From: Hydrurus foetidus
Taxonomy: Eukaryota
Length of the DNA stretch: 39,821 nt
Direction of reading: 5' to 3'
Assembly (NCBI GenBank): GCA_900617105.1
Contig: UYFQ01000749.1
Span: 1 to 39,821, forward strand
The notes beneath the pieces are model-generated. The model searched no databases and had not been told where the DNA came from. It saw only the letters and a program-made list of their open reading frames with translations. Each line of letters opens with the position of its first letter. The stretch's first letter is position 1. Shown here piece after piece: positions 10,574-23,123 of the stretch. The position numbers and the translations under genes are program-made.

Positions 10574-13500
10574 TGCACCCCGTACGATGCGTCTACGTAC
10601 AGCTGTACGGACAGTCCTAGCTTCCCTGGCCTCAACATCACTCCATCCAGCCTAGTGTAGTTGATATACTTTACCAGTCTCATCAGCTTGTCCACGTCAT
10701 CCATAGTGCACTTGTCGACGCGAGTGGTGAGGAATGCAACCGCAGTGAGGCACTCTGGCTTGGTGCGCTTCGCCAAGTATAGTATCATCGCTACGATCTT
10801 GTGATACCAGATCCGTGTGCCCTCGCATGCCCGTGGGGATCCATCTCTCAGCTCGAATAGGCCGTCTGTGGCGGGTGACTTGGCGTAGCCCACCACCCCT
10901 GATACCTTCACGATCTCCTCTGCGTATCCAGGCATGGTAATGCACGCTTGACCTGGTATTGTCATGTCTAAAGACATACCGAGATAGTTAAGTAAGGGAC
11001 CACGTGCAAGTGTGATAGCGCCATACCTTCTACGCAGTCCTTCGACTAGCTCATCGAGTGTCACCCTGCTCTTGCTCATTATGAGCAGATCATCGACATG
11101 TACAGTCGCTGTGCACTGGTGACCGTCACCCCCAGTCTTGTTGAACACGCACTGATCATAGTCGTTGCGCTTGTAACCCATGCATGACAGAGTGTTCCTG
11201 AGATTCTCATACCACAGACCCGCACTCTCAACGCACCCATACAGAGCCTTCTTCAGCAGCACTATGATGCACCCCCCCGCATCCACATACTTGCTGTAGC
11301 TCCAGTCGATCTCTGCAATGAACTCCGACATCGTACGGTCGAGCTTCATGTGCACCGGCACCCCCAGTGTCATCTCAGCATTCAGGAACGCTCCACTGAC
11401 ATCAAGCACTGCGACGTGTCGAACCTCATGTGCTGACACTCCTATCATCGTGAATACCGAGCTGGTCGATACAGTAGGTGAGGACAAATTCTCGTACAGG
11501 TCCTTGTCCTGTTGGTCTCCCCCTGCTACCAGTCTGGCCTTGAGCTTCTGGAAGCTTCCATCTGGGTTGTTCTTTTTCTTCAGGAACATAGACGAGCGAA
11601 TCACAGCTGCACGTTCCGCTGCAGTGAGCCGAGATCCCATCACTGGCACCCAGACTGCCTTATCCAGCATCTGCTTCAGCTCCTGGACTATCACCTTCCT
11701 AGCCTCCTCACCCAAACTTTTCAGCGCTTCCTTGACACTGATGTTGCACGTGTTGTTCCTAGTCATCTCGATGCGGTGTCTCTTGATCACCTCCTCTATG
11801 CTGTGTATCAGCGGTGCGCCTCTACGCACTGTCGGAGTCGACGCCACGAATGCCCCCTCACCAGTCCGGAAGAATTCAATCACTCTCTTAGTAGATGGTG
11901 GTGTCCCTGGTGCATCCCATTCAACTCGATCGACTGGCTGCTTGGGTACGCTCCACTGTGCCATCTCAACTGTCGTCAGTCCCACAGGTTGTGACGGCTC
12001 AATCGGTGTGATGTCGGTAGTGGTCGGTGGGATTGCATCCCCTTGAGGGATGGGTGGTGAGTCGGGAGTTTCAGTGGGGTAGTTGACTTCCACTTGAGAT
12101 TCTACTCTGCTAAGCTCTGGTACAGCCGGTACCTCCCCCCCCACTTCGTTGGGTAGAATCTCAATGACGTTGTCGGCTGTCGGAAGTTCTGCTACGACTG
12201 GCTGAGGTTGTATCGCATTGTCTATCACCACTCGTGTAGCACCGACAGTTGCGTCCTGAGTGGGGGGGTTGGTAATGAAGGTTGGCATGTTAGACTTGTC
12301 CACACTAGTTCCATACAACAGTTCATCAAATACATGCACTTTAGTTCGAATTATTTTCTTCCCTTCTCGAAGCGCCATGGCGTTCAGCGTCTGGATGACC
12401 GACTGAGGCATGGGAAGAATCTTGAATTGATCCCGAGTCACTATCCTCCCGCTAGTCAGTGAGAGCATCTTGTACGATCCAGTCCTGTTGTGAGTAGGCA
12501 GCATGACAATACAGTCTTCAGTACGTGATTCCATTGAGTTGTTAGTGTTTGGTACTGTACAGACGGCGTAATCTCCAAAGGCGGCACGAAAGTCCAAGTT
12601 CCCGTCAACCCTCCGTCCCGAAAAAAGTTCTCGCGGTGAGAGACCCCCCGGCCTCGATCCAGATTGTTGGCAGTTAATGCGTGAGACGCAGTATAGAACT
12701 AGCATCGAATTACCCAGGTCTGTGAGCGTGAACGGTAGTCGACCACAGATGTGTGCCCTAGCACGTTCCTTCACCATCTGAATCCGTCGTTCAATTCGAG
12801 CAACATGTCCGCCCGCAGCACTGACATCAACCTCAATTCCTAGGGCCATGAGATAGGGTGTCAATTTTCCTACTGCACCTTCTCCGTCAGACATGATCAA
12901 TCGGACCAAGAAGTTCCTGGATTTGAGAGTACAAATCATATCATCTAATGCCGCTTTCACAATTGGAGCTGCACGCGAGGGCTTCAACATATCGAGGTGA
13001 ATAAGGCTCCCAGAGAGGGTCAAGTCCAGAGGGGTTGAAACGCCGATAAGTACTGCTGTGTTGTTCAGATAGATAATGTCCACAGCCAAGACTTGCTCCT
13101 GCTGTACTTTCACAGCAGTCAGCGAGATGTCGGACACTGGTGTCGACATCTTATGTGTTTTGCCCTTCAGGCTTGCAAGACATTTGCCCCAGATCGAGTG
13201 AGCGACTCTGAAATCGTTCTCAGATACTCCGAAGTTGTTCCCCCCACGTATCATTGCTATCGCCATTTCCACCGGAGGGTATCCCATTCTCGCGAGAAGC
13301 TCTCGTGCCTTGGCGGCCGATGCGACCTCTCGTTTAGTATACCGCTGCATGTTGTCGCTGACCGTGCTGACGAGCGCCGTCTCAGATGGATGCTGCGTCG
13401 GGATGTTGCGCACCATTGTCCTCACGTCGCAGACGTAGAAGCGACCGTTAGATCCAGGTACGGGCTGTCGGCAGAAGCTGTAGATGTTTCTCGATCCCTT

Positions 13501-14943
13501 GGGTTGCAAGGTGAAGCGATTCGCCGAGTGATCGTATCGTATGTCCGCTCCGCGATCGACCATCACCGCGAATGAGAGGATGTTCGCCGTTGATCCCTGA
13601 CTGAAATAGACAGGCCCGACCTCTCCGAAGTCGCCTTCCAGGTCGACTCGGACTCCTGATGCCTTAAGCTGTACCCCGTTGAGCAGTATTCCATGCCTCG
13701 ATCGCCGAATGTCCGTGAGTAAGTTGGGGTTGCAGAAGACGTTTACCGACGCCTGGTTGTCTAGAAGGACGTGACTTTGGGAGAACAGCACGATCTCGGC
13801 AGAGGCTACGAAAGCCGACTCATCGGTCCTTTCGTCCTCTTCGAGATCTTCTTCTCCGTCTGCGAACAGTGCAATGTCGCTATGCTTGCGATTCTGGCAA
13901 TCTCTCGCGTAGTGCCCGACTTCGCCGCAGACAAAGCAAATCACTGACGATGATTGCTTCTTTGGCGTGCTCGTCTTCTTCGAGCGGCCTTTCTTCTCCG
14001 GGACTTTTTCCTTCGTCGTCATCGCGGAATCTGTCAAGTATGCGGAATGCTGTTCCGCGCCAAGGGGGACCCCTCCGTTCGAGTTCGTCCAAGACGATGC
14101 TACCCTGTATGCTCCGGCTAAGGTAGAAGGGTAACTGTTCGGCAAGTTTTGTACAGCACTGTTACGCATAACGGTAAGCATGCACGTATACCTTTTAGGG
14201 TCGAGTTTGCTAAGGAAGTCGATAGCCCTAATCGACTCCTCGACTTCCATCATACCTACTCCCTTGTTGGCTAAGACTTGATTGTCAAATCTTGTCTTGA
14301 AATCGCCTATGATCTCACGCTCACCCTGTCTGAGGTAGTTGTAGCGGATCGTCTGCTCATGGATGTTGACCGCTCGCATCGAGTCATCCTCACCATAGAT
14401 GTGAGTGAGATGACTGCGACGAATGTATTCCCACAGCTTCACACTGTCCAATCTCAGCTTCGCTGCCTCGAACCCTGGTTCTTCGCGAACCTTGGACTTA
14501 GACCCTGTCGACATCCTCGACCATATGAGCGGCCACAGCTTTTGCTCATTCACTCTTTGCAGCTCCACTGCTTTGCGTCGCCCCTCGAACGCATTGGCAC
14601 GTAATTTGCTGATTAGTGCAGGTGAGTACACCTCCGCCGCGGCTGGTGCAGGTGCAGGATGATCTTCCTCGTCACTGGGGTCCTCTGACCCGGTGTCGTC
14701 TTCATCGTCCTCTTCTGCACTCGGTACCACTGGTGGTGCAAGCGCAGGGTTGTAATCCTCCTCTCGAGGAAATGGGTAGACGTAACTTTCGTTAGTGGTG
14801 AAAAACATGCCGGTCATGCCGTAGAGGAGGCACGCCTCGTCCTGCATTTCTTCTCTCCATTGCACTACGTTGTTTAGACGTCCAATTTTCAGGATGCAGA
14901 CTTCTGCTCCTGGTTTAGCTTCCTCTTGCTTCTTTAGCGGCAT
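10574..14943 (-). CDS. B1 Gag-Pol polyprotein, main part (about 1613 aa when rejoined with 4555-5026)
   Basis: ATG at 14943 (MPLKKQEE). Contains CFVCGEVGHYARDC knuckle, LLDNQAS protease, integrase core, RT (KARLVAGG, DVSGAFLNA, LKKALYG, HVDD) and RNase H start YVDASY. The IN-before-RT order identifies it as copia. Confidence 0.96.
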
Positions 14944-14957
14944 CACGATGGCGCTGC

Positions 14958-14969
14958 CAAGTTTAATTA
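14958..14969 (-). other. B1 primer-binding site, complementary to its own LTR motif 15064-15075
   Basis: In element sense, PBS TAATTAAACTTG pairs with LTR CAAGTTTAATTA (12/12). Confidence 0.85.
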
Positions 14970-15302
14970 TGTTGGGATTTCTCGAAACCGGTTGCTGACA
15001 ACTGGTGCGTACGTGACCGGTACCCCAAGACTCGCGAAATAGACGTATAGTATAATCACTTGATAATTAAACTTGTGATGCCATCTGCAACATGACGGCA
15101 ACACAGTTTATTACATTCATCAAGATCGAAGCATGCATCACTCATATCATGGTATCTTGTGCGGACACAGTCCGCAAAGATCATGCATCCAACGGGGTCC
15201 CGGCCACTACCCCATGGGTACACGCCGCTGTCCGTCGGGTTCCACACACACGCATACACACACACACAACTACTACAGTGCATTTTCCCGGATTATCCAA
15301 CA
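14970..15302 (-). repeat. 5' LTR of B1 (333 bp)
   Basis: TGTTGG...CCAACA; repeat of 4134-4459. Confidence 0.93.
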
Positions 15303-15435
15303 TGAGCTGCCCCTCCACAATACCTGTGTACATCTAGAGATGTAGTAAGAAACTGATGAATTCTAACTATTCGAACAGGATCTGCTGCATTCGTGCTCGT
15401 AATTTCAGTCTCTCTGCGCCCTCGGAGCTGCAATA

Positions 15436-18400
15436 ATGACATCAATACTTTCGGGAGAGAAAATTCCGCTCCTCTGTTCAATCTTATTTTATGTCTTGCT
15501 TTGCCCCTATACGAAAGTAGAAGAGAGCTTCAATATGCAAGCGTCACATGACTTGCTCTTTCTCGAAAACAACCATTTATTCCCTATGTGGTCGCTGCAA
15601 TCTCCTACATCCCTAAGCTCATTTGATCATCTGGAATTCCCGGGAGTTGTGCCACGAACGTTTCTTGGTGCTATATCTCTAATTTTGGTTTCATGGCCCT
15701 GTCATCTCGCTGTAAAAGTGCTGCATGCCATGCAAATCGTTCCCGATATTCAAATCCTATATCTCTACCTCGTTCGGTCTGCATTAGGAGTTTGCTCATG
15801 GCTGTCATTCACAACATTTTCGGACTCTGTTGCTTATCGGTTCGGATTTGGCGCGGGCAGAATGACTTGCATTCTGACTACTTTCCAGTTTCATCTGCCA
15901 TTCTACATGTCTAGGACCTTACCGAACTCTTTTGCCTTGATCGGCTGCCTTCTTGCCTACTCTCGATGGATACGTGGGAAAGGAGTTGAAGCGCTCTTGG
16001 TCATCACATTCTGCATGATAGTTTTCCGTTGCGACCTGCTTTTGCTGCTTGCTCCTCTCACACTGCAGCAATTACTCTCGAGGGAAGCTCCCTTGATTCT
16101 GACTGCAGTGCTAGGAATATCCACTGCACTGGTTTCCCTCCTTCTGACTGTATCTGTTGATTCTTTCTTCTGGCAGAGGTGAGTTCCAACGCCACAATTG
16201 AATTCCACAGATTATAATCTGCAATAATCGGAGCTACTTGCAATATCTGGGGTCATACATTTAGTCTTCAATAATGCTTGGCGATCATTGATACTCTCAC
16301 GAATGAAGATTGAAATTAACACAGCTATCATCTTATCTTCTGTCACGCATTCTCTGAAATACTTCTAATCTGAATCAATTGCCATCATGGTGCATTCACC
16401 ACATTATTTCTTACGGTTAATGCCCTTTAGATTATTGTGGCCTGAAGGAGTTGTTCTGTTTTTCAACACAGTGGCAAATCGGAGCAGCGAGTGGGGTGTC
16501 TTGTCCTGGCACTGGTATTTCTCTAACGCCCTACCTAAGGTAACTATTAGTCACCTATTCCTGTTTAGTTGTGATTTAGAAAACAATGATTTTAATGATG
16601 ACATGAAGTTGAGGGTCGACAAATGATAAAAAAAGGCTCAGGCAGGTCAGCGTTAAAAGAGGATGTTAAACTACAGATCTGAAGGTCAACTGGCTGGTCC
16701 GCTGTAAACATCTGGCGACTGGGATAAACATCAAATTTTAGTGATAAGATGATCTTTGTTCCAATTTGCTAATGCGACTCACGTAGAACAGAATTTACTC
16801 TGTCTTGCGTCAGCAGTGAAGGTGTTCGTGTATTTCGTCTTCATAGGTCTCACTGATTTTGGTCGAGTTAAGGGTCATAGTTCATGAAGTGGTATAGATT
16901 GAGGAGGAAAAACGAAGGCATTCTCACTTTTCCATTTGAACTTAACTCACACAATAAGTCTTACAATACGCTCTCTTAAACTATCTACCTACCTGTCTAT
17001 CTATCTATCTACCTATCCAACTATCAATCTATCTATCTAACTATCAATCTATCTATCTACCTATCTATCTACATATCTATCTACCTATGTATCTAACTAT
17101 CTATCTCTCACGTAAACTCTGTCTCTTTCTCAGTTTCTCACGCACTCTTAAACACACTCTCTGTCTGTCTAACCCACGCGCACGCATTCGCTATCTCTGG
17201 CAGTCGCTTCACATTAGCCTGCCCCTTGCTGTGTGCGCTGTTATCGGTCTGCGGTGTCCCATGCAGCTACTCCACACCACACGGAGTTCCTCGAATTCTA
17301 TATCTTCAGACAAGATTGCGGTTTCAGCTACAATAAGCGATGGAGAAAAGGAAGCAGAAAAAGAAGAAGAAGTATTGGAAGGTAAGGGAGACTAATTTCT
17401 AGATAACAGAAGCAAATTCTGTCCGTACTGAAAAGAAATTACCTTCACTTGTCCGCTTTTAGATACAACAGTAAGGCGCTTAGCGCTGCTTAATTGTTTT
17501 GGCCCTCCAGACTTGGCGGTGCTGTACTACTGCTTGCCGGCTATCTCATACACTGCTATTTACAGCATCCTGCCTCACAAGGTACCGCTCACCTTCTCAT
17601 GCTCTTTCTCTGATGCTCTTTCTGTGATGCTGTTGCAGTCATGCTCACCTTCTCATGCACTCCCTTTTTCTTCTGTATGTGGTCGCATATCGTATATCTG
17701 CGGCAGATATCTCTTACATCAAATGTCTCCACTAACTGGGAACATTCCGTTGATAGGAGTTGCGGTTCTTGTTTCCTGTGATGCCGCTTCTTGTCATGGC
17801 TGCGGGTGTTGGTTTCAACAGACTGCTACCTCTCGAAGACCACTACATTCCATTTTCCGAGACCTCTTCCTTTGACAGAGATCTCTATGATGCATCAAGA
17901 TCACGATCGTGCGGTGCATCAGGCTACAGCAGTGTGTCTTCTTCTGTCCCTACTACACACACTAATGACGTAAAGGTCGCAACTGCTGATGCGACTGTTA
18001 CTTCTTCAAGCAGCACTACTGGTGAGAACGAACATGTGGCCAATAAGGGAGTGAAAAAAAGAAATACAGTGAGTCCCAGTACTGACGACGTGGCAGATTC
18101 CAGACAGAGTTCCAGTTCCGATCGCAGTCACAGTGATAGTCGTCACATTAAAAAGCGCAGTGTAGCTGAACATGTCGTCTTCAGGTGAGAGCTGTAACTT
18201 TAACTATTACTGCACTGCTTATATGCCTATCGTCACGATACATTATATTGTGCCGTGTTGCTCCGTAGGAGGTGGTGTGATGTATTGTTGCCACCAAATC
18301 ACTTGTGATGTGGAATCAATGTATCGTTCCATCTTCTTCCGAACGGCTCGATTCATCATTACGCGCTGCATCGAATCTTAGGGCAATTCGTGAGATCACT

Positions 18401-20534
18401 TTTACTCTCAACATCATGTGACGTAACATCACATGATGATGTACACCCGTGCATTATGTGGTGTACCATTACATCATGTGACGTAGCATTCCATGATGGG
18501 TATGTATTTACATGACGTGATATAACACAACATGATATCGCATAACATCACATTGCGGCAGGTGTTGCATACTCTTGGTGCTTCTTCTCTCTGCTGCGAT
18601 ATCCTGCCTGTTAGCTCTCGCTGCAAGTCACAACTACCCTGGAGGTGTCGCGCTGAACACACTGCTCACCACCCACATACCAGGTGATCTCCATGCTCTA
18701 CAGTACATTGTCTATCTCCTAGTGAGAACCTCCCTCATCTGACTTTCTGTGCATCGTGATGTGGAGCCATGAGGCGATGTTTTTCTCCTTGCTCCACTTT
18801 GTGTGTAGAATCCATCTTTCAACGAATATCTGCTACTTCATTTCATCATTTTGCACGTGAGTTAGGAACGTCAATCAACCCCTGTGACATTCTGCTGTCC
18901 TTCTTCATTCCTTATTTCCATGTTTTCCTCCCTCCCTCCTCCCATCTTTTCCTTTTCTTCCTTTCTCTCTTTCTTTTCGTCTTTCTTTTGCATTTGCGCC
19001 CCTCTGAAGAACGACGCATTATTGTCATTGTTGCAGATGATCACATGCACTTAAGCGCCCATTGTAATAGCGTAGTGCGCGCTGAAGGCACACTCACCGA
19101 GACAGGGACAAGAACAGGCGTAAGTACGGGGAAAAGTTCAAGTGCAAGGGCTAGATATCAGTCTGTCTGCCCCGCTGCAGTTAAAGTGCACATTGACGCA
19201 GCAGCTGCTATGACAGGAATCACCAGGTGAGGATGGAGGAGAGTAGGGGGTAGGTGGAGATGAGGGGAGAGGAGAAGAATTGTTCAGAAATATTTGGTGT
19301 TGGGTGCATGGAGTGGCACAGCATCTAAACTGAGTTCCCTATAATAGATTCTTATTTATCGATGTCTGACTCCGTGTCACCGCACTTGACTGTCATCATG
19401 TTCTACTGACGTCACTATTTCACAATGGCAGATTCTGCCAAGAACCTGTAGTGCGTGTGAAGGGCATGGCAGTGCGTGTGGTGTACTCTAAGGCTGAGGG
19501 GCTCACGGACTTCTTCGAATTCGACTGGCTCCTTACAGAAGATCCATGGTAGGCGTTTTGTATATTTTATTTGAATCTGTTCTATTCTTCCTTATTTTAT
19601 CATATTCTACTCTCCTCCGTTCTGTTCTGTTCTGTTCTATTCTATTTTAATATAATACATCATGTTCTGCGGTAAAGGTTGTAATACATTATAATGTTCC
19701 TTTCTGTTGTAATCTATTTTGTTCCGTTACGTTATATTTTACTCTAACCTTATCTCTTATCTATTACATTCGGTTCTGATACTCATATTCTAATCAATTT
19801 TAATATGCTTCATTGCTTTCTAATCTTCTTACTGTTCAGTGACATTTTATTCTGTTTAAATGAGATGAAATGAAATGAAATGAAACGAGATCATGTTGTT
19901 CTTTCCATCAGATTCATCTCATTTCTCATTTTTTCTCTTGTCTGACTCATAATACTATTCTACCGTCATGACCGTTCTCACATTAGATACTCGATATTCA
20001 ACATTTGATGTTCAATGCAGGAGTCACGGGAAGAAGGAACATTTCGATATCATAGAAGAAGTTTCCGCCTTTCAGTCGTACACCTTCATGTCTGCGTATT
20101 CCTCCTTAACTGCTCTAAAGACTGCTGCTGAAGCTGCTGTTGGTGGTGGTGGTGGTGATGATAATGTTCAAGTTAAGAGCACAGGAGGGTCAGTCGTACA
20201 GGTTACTGTTTTGGACGGTGAACGGAAAGAACAGGGAGAGCAGGTTGGAGGGGGTGAAGACATGGGAGGAGAGGAAATAAAAGAGGTAGGAGGGAAGGTG
20301 GGAGGGGAGGATCACAATAGGGGTTCTCAAGAGAAAAAGCGTAACTCACACCTGGAGATCAATCAGAACACGCACTCAGAACGATCAGTCCCCTTGAACA
20401 CCAACACTAACACAGACACAGACACACAGCTCATCCCTAGAGGGATAACTGTGACCCCTGTCATGACACACCTACCCCTTGGCATCGTCACGCAGACAGC
20501 CATTTACATTTTACGCAAACGCACGTCACCATGA
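15436..20534 (+). CDS. ALG12: Dol-P-Man alpha-1,6-mannosyltransferase ALG12 (GT22); 9 exons: 15436-16178, 16431-16539, 17204-17381, 17511-17581, 17757-18184, 18562-18683, 19037-19226, 19432-19548, 20021-20534 (about 823 aa)
   Basis: Motifs CPYTKVEESFN.QA.HD, FDHLEFPGVVPRTFLG, QFHLPFYMSRTLPN, VDSFFW, WPEG, SSEWG, PHKELRF, NYPGG, HID..AAMTGITRF. All introns are GT-AG and phase-compatible. Confidence 0.92.
16981..17106. repeat. Imperfect (CTAT)n microsatellite in ALG12 intron 2
   Basis: Run of ctat/ctac/caat tetramers. Confidence 0.9.
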
Positions 20535-23123
20535 GCTGATAGTCTGTGTCAGAAAGAGACTGAGAAAATGATTTCATGAGAGAAGGAAATAGAGAGGATA
20601 ATAAATGAGAGGAGAGGTTGATTGATGTAGGGTCACAAAATAAATGCTGTGAGACTCAAGTCACGAGAAATAAAATGTTCCGAAGCGCTTTGTCGTCTCT
20701 AGTCGGTCATGAGATAGCGATAATGAATGGTACTAGTTCATATTACCTTGAAGTCAAATTGGTAGAAAGAGCTGAACTGAATCCTAGAGAAGAAGAACAT
20801 CAGAAGTTATCTTGCCCAGCGACCTAGCCCGTCTACCCAACCTTTAACACTTAAGGGTTACATTAGGGCTAGGGTAGAGGATTAAGCGAGAAGGCTTTCT
20901 CGTAGAAGAAATCTGTGTCGTATTCTCGCTCTTACAGAACACCAGCGCCTGACAGCAGAAGTGCGAAGTGCGAAGCATTTATGAAGATCACCTTTGCCCT
21001 TTGCCTATGTCGAAGTTGGTAATGTTTCCATGGGTAGCGATGTGCTTGCAGTAAATCACATACGTAGAGATGGACGAAGACGGCACAAAGTTAGAGTGCT
21101 TTTGCAAACCCGATTTCGTCTCTTTTCGCACGACTTCTTGTCTTTTGTGCACTCAACTTCAAATTCACCGTTACTGCACGCTGCTCAATCCGTATGGTGC
21201 GAAATGTGAGTGAGAACAGTTTGCAAAAACAATCTACTGCTGTGCAATTTTGTGCACTATACCGGATAAACGAAACTTATTTAATTGTTCTGGAATCTAC
21301 ATTGATGTAAGATCCAGAGTCCACCCCTATAAGGGAACACAGTTACTTTCGAAATTCCTTCAGGTAAGAATTAAGTATGTCAATATCGTTTTGATGAACC
21401 TCTTCTACTTTTTGCAACGTAATTCTCATTGACGGGTCTGTTTTGATGGAGATAGATACATTTTGATGCTGATGATTAGATTGCTATCATTTTGATGTGC
21501 AATGATGCGACTTCTGTCGTGTGACAGTGACTGTTTTCGATACAATGATATTCGGCACATCTTGTTGCATTTCTCTTTAATTCTTCTCTTTGATGTAATG
21601 AGTATCATGAAACACCTGAATACCCTTCACCACTTACATCTAGCCCTTTTTGTGTGTTATATTCTTCAGATTCCAATGCTACACTAGAGATATCCAGTAA
21701 GAATGCAAACTGTGAAAGCATGGCCTATCGATTCTTTCATCCTTTTGATCTTGAATTTAAAGTCAGAGGTGTCAGGAAAGTTACCAGAGGGATAAGTGGC
21801 TTGTGGTAGGCAAGCGTTCATGACTCATTTTCTGCAGGGAACGTAACACAGCATCACAGACGGTGACGTATGTGAATCCATACCACCATGGGTCACATCC
21901 AGACTGCATAGATGAGAGGGAGAAAAAGAGGGAGATGGAGGAAGGGTAAGAGGGAGGGAAGGGAGGAGCAAGGGAGGGGGGAAGAGGGAGGTATGGACAA
22001 TAGCGCGCAGCACTTAGGTTGATCTTCACAGTGGCCTCTAAGGCCCGCTATTCTAGATCACTCAAACTAGCCATTAGAGAAGGAGGAGAGGGAGAGAGAG
22101 GTTGTGCTTGTATCGGGCTAGGATGGGCTGGTGTACCTCTCTGTGTGACTCTGCTTGGCAAGGCAAGAGAGGACAAGGGAAACCATGGGAAGACAGCAGC
22201 AAATCACCCTTCCCATGCATCCGTGTGGACTACTATGTCTATCCTGCTGAGGAGCTAGCTGTCTATCACGATGCTGCTACTGCGGCTCAATAAAGTGCAG
22301 CAGTACGTTGCCTGACACGTACTGTGAGTGTCAGGGTCGTTCCATACGAGTGGAACTCAGTCCGATTTCTCAGCTGAGTTCCATTGTATTCACCAGAAAT
22401 CGTAGGTTTTGTATTCGTACAGAATGGCCCTCATTGCAAAGATGGACTACGGAACATTTACACCAACTCGTTTTCATTTACGCAGAGCATTTGCCACGAA
22501 CTGGATCCATCACAATACTCCACTCCATACTATCGGAGAGCGGAGGAGAGTGTCGCAAAATCATTAAATTTTATTTGATCATGTGTGTGACAGTATGAGG
22601 AAGTCAATATGTACTGATTGGTAGTTTATGATTCGTTGTAATTTACCTTAAATCAATCAGTGTCGATCAAATGGATTAATTAATCAAGTTAGAGTGGACC
22701 GTTTGTTCCACTAATATTGTTTTTATCTATCTATCGAGGCGACAGTCTTTTTCCTTTCGTACGACAGGACATCAAAACAGGGCGAGGAATGGAGAGGCAA
22801 GGCAGAGTGTGGTGTAGTGTGTTGATCGCACGGATGGTGTGGAGTGGTTTCGATGACTCACTCAAAGCCATCCGCTCTTACGCCCTTACATCCAGTGATA
22901 CAGCGGAGCTGGTGTGTCGGTGTAGTTTGTATCGGTTATCAGTGAGGGTGACGAGTGTGAAACAGACATACGAACGGACATATGGACGTGTACGTCACCG
23001 ACATGTTCTGCAGTTCCAAGGTCCCTGATTTCCTTTCAGCGTTCAGTGGTCTAAGAATTGACAGGACAAGACAGAGCAGGGCAGTCTAGGAGATGACCGG
23101 ACCATGAGGAATGGAGTTAGTGC

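Larger units (their letters stand above)
4134..15302 (-). mobile_element. Copia element B1 (interrupted by nested B2)
   Basis: LTRs at 14970-15302 (5') and 4134-4459 (3'), with a single gag-PR-IN-RT-RH ORF and PPT GTTGGGTG (4460-4467, minus strand). No matching TSD (CAGAG vs TGAGC). Confidence 0.93.

Noticed and set aside
11318..14662. Long plus-strand ORFs opposite B1 (and similar ORFs opposite C and D)
   Set aside because: Antisense shadows of gag-pol with no motifs.
14950..14959. TGGCAGCG in the B1 leader as a tRNA(Leu)-type PBS
   Set aside because: It starts 10 nt from the LTR end and is not conserved in B2 (TAGATCAGCG). The LTR-complementary motif is the conserved feature.
19560..19890. 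(TTCTG/TTCTA)n and (TGAAA)n runs
   Set aside because: Ordinary low-complexity intronic sequence in ALG12.
20821..20885. Telomere-like TTAGGG/CTAGGG words with short inverted repeats
   Set aside because: Only two or three degenerate units, too short to call an interstitial telomere or MITE.
21781..22300. Possible minus-strand exons with polypyrimidine tracts and AG acceptors
   Set aside because: Candidate exons contain stops and no recognisable protein motif, so no gene model could be built.
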